Shown here: positions 57,520-64,000 of the stretch, piece by piece
Numbering within the stretch: position 1 is the first letter of the stretch
How the letters are laid out: each line of letters opens with the position of its first letter
From: Flavobacteriales bacterium
GTDB lineage: Bacteria > Bacteroidota > Bacteroidia > Flavobacteriales > BACL11
Length of the DNA stretch: 64,000 bases
Direction of reading: 5' to 3'
NCBI GenBank assembly: GCA_028122735.1
Contig: JAOHSR010000004.1
Span: forward strand, 175-64,174
Made by a program: the position numbers and the translations under genes
The notes under the pieces: generated by a model
What the model was told of the DNA's origin: nothing
The model's input: only the letters and a program-made list of their open reading frames with translations
Database searches by the model: none

Positions 57520-58808
57520 TACCTGTAGTATTCGGGTTTATAGGGACCTTCAACTTTTACTCCGATATATTCAGCCTGATCTTTTCTTAACTCCTCAAGC
57601 TCAACCCCAATTTTTGCTAAGTGTAATCGAGCTACTTTTTCATCTAAATGCTTTGGTAGCATGTACACTTTGTTTTCGTAATTAGTTGAATTTTCCCATA
57701 GTTCTAATTGAGCTAAAACTTGGTTAGTAAACGAATTTGACATTACAAATGAAGGATGTCCAGTAGCACATCCTAAATTAACCAATCTTCCTTCGGCAAG
57801 AAGAATAATATCTTTTCCGTTTACAGTATACATATCAACTTGAGGTTTAATAGTATTTTTTGTTTCACCCCAATTTTCATTTAGCCAAGAAACATCAATT
57901 TCATTATCAAAGTGACCAATATTACAAACAATAACCTTATCCTTCATTGCTTCAAAATGACGTCCTTGAACAATATCTTTATTTCCAGTTGTAGTTACAA
58001 CTATATCAGCATCAGATACAACAGATTCTAATCTTTTAACAGCAAAACCATCCATTGCTGCTTGAAGAGCGCAAATTGGATCAATTTCGGTAACAATAAC
58101 CCTGGCACCAGAACCTTGAAGTGAAGCAGCTGAACCTTTTCCGACATCGCCATATCCTGCAACAACAGCAACTTTTCCAGCCATCATAATGTCTGTGGCT
58201 CTTCTAATTGCATCAACTAGAGATTCTTTACAGCCATATTTATTATCAAATTTTGATTTAGTTACCGAATCATTTATATTTATTGCTGGCAGAGCAAGAG
58301 TACCTTTTTGCATTCTTTCATAGAGCCTGTGCACGCCAGTTGTTGTTTCTTCAGAAAGGCCTTTAATACCTTCACAAAGTTTTGGATATCTATCAAGAAC
58401 CATATTTGTTAAATCACCACCATCATCTAAAATCATATTTAATGGCTTAGAATCAGTAAATGCATGCAAAGTTTGTTCTATACACCAATCAAACTCCTCT
58501 TCATTCATTCCTTTCCAAGCATAAACTGGAATACCAGCAGATGCAATGGCAGCAGCAGCTTGGTCTTGAGTTGAGAAAATATTACATGAAGACCAACTCA
58601 CTTCAGCTCCTAAATGAACTAATGTTTCAATTAAAACTGCAGTTTGAATTGTCATATGTAAACAACCAGCTATTCTTGCTCCAGCTAAAGGCTTACTATC
58701 ACCATATTCTTCTCTAATTGACATTAAGCCTGGCATTTCAGCTTCAGCCAATCTAATTTCTTTTCTACCCCACTCAGCTAATGATATATCTTTTACTTTG
58801 TATTCCAT
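57516..58808 (-). CDS. ahcY: adenosylhomocysteinase
   Basis: 430 aa with [26 protein letters not shown], the NAD site [12 protein letters not shown], and a C-terminal ...YRY. Confidence 0.97.
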   Translation of the reverse strand: MEYKVKDISLAEWGRKEIRLAEAEMPGLMSIREEYGDSKPLAGARIAGCLHMTIQTAVLIETLVHLGAEVSWSSCNIFSTQDQAAAAIASAGIPVYAWKGMNEEEFDWCIEQTLHAFTDSKPLNMILDDGGDLTNMVLDRYPKLCEGIKGLSEETTTGVHRLYERMQKGTLALPAININDSVTKSKFDNKYGCKESLVDAIRRATDIMMAGKVAVVAGYGDVGKGSAASLQGSGARVIVTEIDPICALQAAMDGFAVKRLESVVSDADIVVTTTGNKDIVQGRHFEAMKDKVIVCNIGHFDNEIDVSWLNENWGETKNTIKPQVDMYTVNGKDIILLAEGRLVNLGCATGHPSFVMSNSFTNQVLAQLELWENSTNYENKVYMLPKHLDEKVARLHLAKIGVELEELRKDQAEYIGVKVEGPYKPEYYRY

Positions 58809-58856
58809 TTTTTAATTTTTAAGAATGCAAATATACTAATATTATTATATTTGTAT

Positions 58857-59435
58857 ATGGGTCTAATCTTCTTAAAAAAAGAAAAAAATTGTTCTATTGG
58901 AGTTTGGGAAATTTCTGAATCAGTTAATGAATTAAAAGCATTCAGCGAGGAAGTCAAATTTGATCAAATAAAATCAGAAAAGAGAAGATTAGAGATTTTA
59001 GCTGTCCGTGCTCTTTTAAAAGAAATATGTGGTAATGCTAAATTAGATTATAATAAATATGGCGCTCCTTTTTTAGACATTAATAAAAATATCTCTATCT
59101 CTCACACTAAACAACTTGTTGCAATTATTGTAAGTGAATTAAAATCTGGTATTGATATAGAAATAAACTCTGAAAGAGTTTTAAAAGCCAAAAATAAATT
59201 CCTTTCTGTTTATGACAATACTAATGAAACACAAGAAGATTTAACGATTGCATGGTCAACAAAAGAATGCATTTTTAAGTGGCATCAAAAAGGAAATTTA
59301 AATTTTAAAGATGATATTTTAATCAGAAATATAAATCACTCATCAAAAAAAATAGAAGCTTTTTTTGATAAAAATCTATTTATTTTAAACTTTCTAAAAA
59401 TAAATAATCACATTTTAGTGTATGTTTGCAAATAG
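58857..59435 (+). CDS. 4'-phosphopantetheinyl transferase (Sfp-type)
   Basis: ISISHTKQLVA, GIDIE metal-binding motif and WSTKECIFKW (W..KE...K). Start set at the ATG at 58857. Confidence 0.75.
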   Translation: MGLIFLKKEKNCSIGVWEISESVNELKAFSEEVKFDQIKSEKRRLEILAVRALLKEICGNAKLDYNKYGAPFLDINKNISISHTKQLVAIIVSELKSGIDIEINSERVLKAKNKFLSVYDNTNETQEDLTIAWSTKECIFKWHQKGNLNFKDDILIRNINHSSKKIEAFFDKNLFILNFLKINNHILVYVCK

Positions 59436-59444
59436 TAATCTGAT

Positions 59445-60182
59445 ATGGAAATCTACAAAGAGTTATTAAATAGAAAAAAAGCTGCAAAAAAAAATTTTGC
59501 TATTTTAATTGATCCTGATCGTCAAGATAACAGTCAATTGATACAAACTGTAAAATGTGCAAATCAAGCGAAAGTTGATTACTTTTTTGTTGGAGGAAGT
59601 TTATTAATTGATGATAATCTTGAAAGATGTATTCAATCTATTAAACAAAACAGTTCTATACCAGTTATTTTATTTCCTGGAAATGCAATGCAAATAAGTA
59701 AAAGTGCAGATGCTATTTTATTCCTTTCTTTAATCTCTGGCAGAAATCCAGAACTTTTAATTGGGAAACAAGTAATTACTGCTCCTATTTTAAAGCAAAC
59801 TGATCTTGAAGTTATTTCAACTGGATATATGCTAGTTGACAGTGGAAAACCAACCACAGCTTCCTACATGAGTAACACAAACCCTATTCCGTATGAAAAA
59901 AATAATGTTGCAGCCTGCACAGCTATGGCTGGTGAATTTTTAGGGATGAAACTAATTTACATGGACGGCGGAAGTGGTGCTGAAAATCCAATATCATCAA
60001 AAATGATTAGTACGGTAAGTAGAACAGTTGATGTCCCACTAATAATTGGTGGAGGAATTAATAATCCAAAAAAAGCAATAGAAAACTGTCAGGCAGGAGC
60101 AGATATAATTGTTGTCGGTAATGCAATTGAAAAAGACAACAGCTTAATTAAAGAAATTTCTGAGGCAGTCCATTCAATCTGA
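59445..60182 (+). CDS. (gerany)geranylglyceryl phosphate synthase family protein (PcrB/GGGPS)
   Basis: 245-aa TIM-barrel pattern: ILIDPD, FFVGGS, ILFPGN, YMDGGSGA, LIIGGGINNPKKA, IVVGNAIE. Confidence 0.85.
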   Translation: MEIYKELLNRKKAAKKNFAILIDPDRQDNSQLIQTVKCANQAKVDYFFVGGSLLIDDNLERCIQSIKQNSSIPVILFPGNAMQISKSADAILFLSLISGRNPELLIGKQVITAPILKQTDLEVISTGYMLVDSGKPTTASYMSNTNPIPYEKNNVAACTAMAGEFLGMKLIYMDGGSGAENPISSKMISTVSRTVDVPLIIGGGINNPKKAIENCQAGADIIVVGNAIEKDNSLIKEISEAVHSI

Positions 60183-60183
60183 T

Positions 60184-60444
60184 ATGAATTGTTCTGTTGA
60201 GATTTCTATGTATCCTATAGATAAAAAGTATAAAAAACATATTATTGAATTTATCAAGAAGCTTAGACTTTACACATCAATAAAAGTAATCTCCAATAGT
60301 ATGAGTACTCAAGTTTTTGGGGAATTTACAGATATAACCTCGGCACTTAACCATGAAATACAATTGGCTTTCAAAAACAAAATACCAATTGTTTTTAATC
60401 TAAAAATCATAAATTCTGATTTAAGTAAAATTGAAGAGTTTTAA
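60184..60444 (+). CDS. MTH1187/YkoF-like (DUF77) small protein, putative thiamine-binding fold
   Basis: 86 aa. MNCSVEISMYPIDKKYKKHIIEFIKKL...MSTQVFGEF follows the DUF77 beta-alpha-beta pattern. Weak, pattern-based call. Confidence 0.5.
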   Translation: MNCSVEISMYPIDKKYKKHIIEFIKKLRLYTSIKVISNSMSTQVFGEFTDITSALNHEIQLAFKNKIPIVFNLKIINSDLSKIEEF

Positions 60445-60445
60445 C

Positions 60446-61042
60446 ATGGACCAATTAACGTCCTTTTTTTCTGAACTTATGGTCTTAAATTTAGAATCTA
60501 CAGCTGTCTTATTTTCTATCCTTTATGTCATCTTGGTAGCTAGAGAAAATATATGGTGTTGGGCAGCCGCAATTATTAGTGTTAGTCTATATATATTTAT
60601 ATGCTTTGAAGCTAAATTATATGCGGAAACTGGCTTACAATTTTTTTATTTAATAATGGCTGTGGCGGGATATTTTTTATGGAAGGAAAGTACTAATAAA
60701 AAACAACTTTATATAAAAGAGCTAAGCATTGGCAATCATGTGCTAATTTTATTTGTTGGTATTATATTTACACTAATACTTGGATATATATTGACAATTT
60801 ATACTCAAGCTAAATTACCTCTATTGGATTCATTTACCACTGTTTTTAGTATTATAGCCACATTCATGGTGATTAAAAAAATACTTGCAAATTGGCTTTA
60901 TTTTATTGCTATTGATCTGGTCTCTATATATCTTTACAACAGTAGAGATTTGCAACAAACAGCAATGCTGTTCATACTTTACACAATAATTGCTTTTATT
61001 GGATATTATAATTGGGTACGGTTATTGGGAAAAGATGCATAA
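60446..61042 (+). CDS. pnuC: PnuC-family nicotinamide riboside (or related vitamin) transporter
   Basis: Start set at the ATG at 60446. ILYVILVARENIWCWAAAIISVSLY and about 7 TM segments, with repeated W/Y-rich motifs typical of PnuC. Confidence 0.8.
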   Translation: MDQLTSFFSELMVLNLESTAVLFSILYVILVARENIWCWAAAIISVSLYIFICFEAKLYAETGLQFFYLIMAVAGYFLWKESTNKKQLYIKELSIGNHVLILFVGIIFTLILGYILTIYTQAKLPLLDSFTTVFSIIATFMVIKKILANWLYFIAIDLVSIYLYNSRDLQQTAMLFILYTIIAFIGYYNWVRLLGKDA

Positions 61043-61532
61043 AATCATTATTACAGGTCCCGAAAGTAGTGGCAAAACAACCCTATCTAAAAACTTATCT
61101 CAATATTTAAATAGCAAGCTTGTTAATGAATTTGCTAGAGATTACCTAGAAAAGAAAAATAACACATATAATTTTGAGAACCTTTTAGAAATTGCTAAAA
61201 ATCAGTACAAAATTGAAAATCAAAAATCAAAACTTATAGTTTGTGACACCGATTTACTAACAATTAAAATCTGGTCTGAATACAAATTTGGAAAATGTGA
61301 CTCGTGGATATTAGATAAAATTAATACTCAAAAGAAAGAGCAAAGAATATATCTTTTGTGTAAGCCTGACCTTAATTGGGAATACGACCCTCAAAGAGAA
61401 AATGAATTAGAAAGAGATAAACTTTTTAATATTTATAAAAAAGAATTAAAAATTCTTGGACATAAATACTCGATTATTAAAGGAAATAATCGACTCAATT
61501 TAGCTAAGAAATATTTAGCTTCTATTTTTTAA
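61035..61532 (+). CDS. NadR C-terminal-domain-like ATPase (putative ribosylnicotinamide kinase)
   Basis: Trimmed to MHKIIITGPESSGKTTL (P-loop). Has EFARDYLE, VCDTDLLTIKIWS and YLLCKPDLNWEYDPQRE, as in the NadR RNK domain. 8-nt overlap with pnuC. Confidence 0.75.
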   Translation: MHKIIITGPESSGKTTLSKNLSQYLNSKLVNEFARDYLEKKNNTYNFENLLEIAKNQYKIENQKSKLIVCDTDLLTIKIWSEYKFGKCDSWILDKINTQKKEQRIYLLCKPDLNWEYDPQRENELERDKLFNIYKKELKILGHKYSIIKGNNRLNLAKKYLASIF

Positions 61533-61561
61533 ATATTCACGATATATTATTTAATATTGTA

Positions 61562-61642
61562 CAATCTTTTTAGGGGTGCCATAATATCGGCTGAGAATAT
61601 ACCCATTGAACCTGGCTTGGTAATTCAAGCAAGGAAAATGAA
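61562..61642 (+). promoter_or_regulatory. TPP (THI-box) riboswitch
   Basis: TAGGGGTGCCataatatcGGCTGAGAatatACCCattGAACCTGgCTTGGTAATTCAAGCaAGGAAAA aligns block by block with the thiM-type aptamer (GGGGUGC / GCUGAGA / ACCC / ACCUGAUCUGGAUAAUGCCAGCGUAGGGAA). Lies ~55 nt upstream of a TonB-dependent receptor gene. Confidence 0.85.
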
Positions 61643-61698
61643 TAGCTTTAAAGCTAATTTCCCTGTAAAAGTTTTATTTAATAATAAAAACAATAATT

Positions 61699-63894
61699 AT
61701 GAAAAAAATAAACTTTCTACTAATTATCCTATTTATTCCATCTATATTTTTTGGACAATCAAATGATTCTATTTCAATAAAAAAATTATTGGATGAAGTT
61801 AGTGTAAATGCAATTAGAGCTAAAACAAATACTCCAGTTGCTTTTACCAATCTTAATAAACAACAAATTGAAAAATCTAATCTTGGTCAGGATTTACCTT
61901 TTTTAATCTCATCAACTCCATCAGTTGTTACTACTTCAGATGCCGGAGCAGGAATTGGATACACAGGCTTTAGAATTAGAGGAACTGATCCTTCAAGGAT
62001 TAATGTAACTATAAATGGAATCCCATTAAATGACTCAGAAAGCCAAGGTGTGTGGTGGGTAAACATGCCGGATTTTGCCTCTTCTCTTGAAAATATTCAA
62101 ATTCAAAGAGGAGTAGGAACATCAACAAATGGGGCTGCGGCTTTTGGAGCAAGTATTAATCTGCAGACTATTGGATTAAATACCAAAGCATATGCTATAA
62201 CTAATAACAGTGTTGGATCATACAACACATTAAAAAATAATATTGAATTTGGATCAGACTTAATTAATAATAAATTCACTTTCGATGCAAGATTATCCAG
62301 AATTTCTTCTGATGGCTACATTGATAGAGCAACATCAGATCTTAAGTCATTGTATATTCAAGGAACATATTTTGATGACAACTCCACTTTAAAAGGAATA
62401 ATTTTTTCAGGAAGTGAAAGAACATATCAGGCTTGGAACGGAGTTCCACTAATATATTTAGATTCAAATAGAACTTTTAATAGTTATACTTATGAAAATG
62501 AAGTTGATAATTACGCTCAAACTCACTATCAGCTTCATTATTCTAAGAATCTTAACCAAAAAACAATTTTAAATATTGCTGGTCACTTTACTCATGGTAA
62601 GGGGTACTACGAACAAGAAAAGTTAGATCAAGATTTATTAGATTATAGTCTTTCAAATATAATATTGACAAACGACACTATTACTTCAACTGATTTAATT
62701 AGAAGAAAATGGTTAAATAATGACTTTGGAGGTATCACCTTTTCTGTAAAACACCTAAAAGAAAATCTAAATCTAATTTTTGGAGGAGCCGCTAATAAAT
62801 ATAGTGGACAACATTATGGAAATATAATATGGTCAGAATATGCAAGCAACGGAGATTATAATCATGAATACTACAGAAACATTGCTACTAAATTCGATAA
62901 TAATATCTACCTAAAATCAAACTATAAAGCATCCGATAATACATCTGTTTTCATGGACTTACAGCTAAGAACTTTAAATTATGAATTTAATGGCAATGAC
63001 ATTAGTGGAGATATAGATCAACAGAAAGTCAATTTAGAATTTTTTAATCCAAAATTTGGACTGTCACATTTCCTTAACAAAAATCAACTTTTTTATGCAT
63101 CCTATGCTATTGCAAATAAAGAACCAAATAGAGCTGACTATGTAGAGAGTAGTCCAAATTCAAGGCCAGTACATGAAACATTATTTGATACGGAAATCGG
63201 ATATAAATACCAAGACAAATGGTTAATGTTTAATTTAAATTTTTATTATATGGACTATTACAATCAACTAATAAAAACTGGTGAAATTAACGATGTTGGC
63301 TATTTTACTAGCAAAAATGTAAAAAACTCTTTTAGAAAAGGAGTAGAGATTGAAAGTTCCTATATTTTAAACAATAAATTATTAATAAGCGGTAACCTTA
63401 CTATTAGTGAAAATAAATTAGACACTTTTATACAATATGTTGACAATTGGGATACTTGGGGACAAAATCAAGTAACTCATGAGAATACAGATCTTGCTTT
63501 TTCTCCTAACTTAATTTGGGCAGCTAATATAAATTACAAATACAACAAGAATACTAATTTTCTTGTGAATACTAAGTATGTGGGGGATCAGTATATTGAT
63601 AATACTTCTTCACAAAAACGCATGCTAGATAGCTACATGATTAGTAATTTTCAAATTGATTATCATTTTAAGAGCTCCATTTTCACAAAAGCAAAAATTA
63701 GTTTCTTAGTTAATAATTTATTTGATATTGAGTACATTAACAATGCGTGGATATATAGATACATATCAGAAAATTCAGACCCAAGAGAGTATGATGATTA
63801 CACAACTCAAGGTGATGGCAATATTTATGATATGGCCGGCTACTTTCCTCAGGCAACTAGAAATTATCTTTTAGGTTTAACATTAGGTTTCTAG
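61699..63894 (+). CDS. TonB-dependent receptor (putative thiamine/thiamine-precursor outer-membrane transporter)
   Basis: Signal peptide MKKINFLLIILFIPSIFFGQ, plug motifs FRIRGTDPSRINVTINGIPLND and IQIQRGVGTSTNGAAAFGASINLQT, a 22-strand-size barrel and C-terminal ...GLTLGF. Preceded by the TPP riboswitch. Confidence 0.9.
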   Translation: MKKINFLLIILFIPSIFFGQSNDSISIKKLLDEVSVNAIRAKTNTPVAFTNLNKQQIEKSNLGQDLPFLISSTPSVVTTSDAGAGIGYTGFRIRGTDPSRINVTINGIPLNDSESQGVWWVNMPDFASSLENIQIQRGVGTSTNGAAAFGASINLQTIGLNTKAYAITNNSVGSYNTLKNNIEFGSDLINNKFTFDARLSRISSDGYIDRATSDLKSLYIQGTYFDDNSTLKGIIFSGSERTYQAWNGVPLIYLDSNRTFNSYTYENEVDNYAQTHYQLHYSKNLNQKTILNIAGHFTHGKGYYEQEKLDQDLLDYSLSNIILTNDTITSTDLIRRKWLNNDFGGITFSVKHLKENLNLIFGGAANKYSGQHYGNIIWSEYASNGDYNHEYYRNIATKFDNNIYLKSNYKASDNTSVFMDLQLRTLNYEFNGNDISGDIDQQKVNLEFFNPKFGLSHFLNKNQLFYASYAIANKEPNRADYVESSPNSRPVHETLFDTEIGYKYQDKWLMFNLNFYYMDYYNQLIKTGEINDVGYFTSKNVKNSFRKGVEIESSYILNNKLLISGNLTISENKLDTFIQYVDNWDTWGQNQVTHENTDLAFSPNLIWAANINYKYNKNTNFLVNTKYVGDQYIDNTSSQKRMLDSYMISNFQIDYHFKSSIFTKAKISFLVNNLFDIEYINNAWIYRYISENSDPREYDDYTTQGDGNIYDMAGYFPQATRNYLLGLTLGF

Positions 63895-63958
63895 TTTTAT
63901 TATCTAGTATATTATCTTCAGCTTAGTTTTTTTCTTAGTTTTGTAGAAATTAAAGAAT

Positions 63959-64000
63959 ATGAAGTACAACACTGCTAGAAATCAACTAATTCTGCCTGAA
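63959..64000 (+). CDS. 5' end of a CDS (possibly DUF4290-family), truncated by the window end
   Basis: The ATG at 63959 opens MKYNTARNQLILPE, which resembles the conserved N-terminus (..YNT.R..L.LPEYGRN) of Bacteroidota DUF4290 proteins. Only 14 codons are visible. Confidence 0.35.
   Translation, partial: MKYNTARNQLILPE

Noticed and set aside
61643-61656. Palindrome TAGCTTTAAAGCTA after the TPP aptamer as an intrinsic terminator.
   Set aside because: The stem is only ~5 bp once a loop is allowed, and it is not followed by a clean U-tract (ATTTCCC...). It may belong to the expression platform, but I cannot support a terminator call.
61557-61766. 69-aa ORF spanning the gap upstream of the TonB-dependent receptor.
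   Set aside because: It is fully explained by the TPP riboswitch aptamer plus the 5' end of the receptor gene in another frame.
1-64000. CRISPR arrays, restriction-modification, toxin-antitoxin or other defence islands, transposases and IS elements.
   Set aside because: Reading through the ORF set and the intergenic spacers (all under 200 nt) showed no repeat-spacer structure, no nuclease/methylase/ATPase defence hallmarks and no transposase-like ORFs.

Overview
Strongly AT-rich, gene-dense chromosomal segment: about 65 CDS, 3 tRNAs, 1 TPP riboswitch and very short intergenic spacers. It looks like a streamlined marine Flavobacteriia (Bacteroidota) genome, based on T9SS-type C-terminal sorting domains, PorV/PorQ-like and TonB-dependent barrels, many lipoprotein signal peptides, crtI-crtB-crtZ carotenoid genes, a PcrB/GGGPS homologue and DUF3127. 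Most of the window is housekeeping. This includes folate/pterin and nucleotide salvage genes (folE, folK, folA, thyA, pterin carbinolamine dehydratase, two deoxynucleoside kinases, a CNT nucleoside transporter), plus mutS, ruvC, greA, tig-clpP-clpX, etfBA, hppA, fabD, sppA, ahcY and waaA. I saw no rRNA, CRISPR array, transposase/integrase or recognisable defence genes, and no island signatures next to the tRNAs. The best leads for undescribed biology are: (1) a tight minus-strand operon (47963-57005) encoding an oversized Oar-like TonB-dependent barrel, a 1402-aa T9SS-CTD protein I cannot assign to any family, and a PorV/PorQ-like barrel; (2) a three-gene photolyase-family operon (11531-14724) with a photolyase-like protein that starts at the FAD-binding domain and may carry the alpha/beta domain at its C-terminus, an embedded flavin reductase, and a (6-4)-photolyase-related protein that seems to lack three of the four Fe-S cysteines, facing a divergent operon with a PAS-UbiA prenyltransferase fusion; (3) smaller oddities, including a 145-aa C-terminal extension on the membrane pyrophosphatase, a signal-peptide domain fused to a CNT transporter, a DUF3127 OB-fold protein with an SSB-like DDLPF tail, an orphan OppC-like permease in a GT2/flippase-like operon, and a homopolymer frameshift inside the crt cluster. 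All functional calls come from motif-level reading of the translations; no database search was possible.
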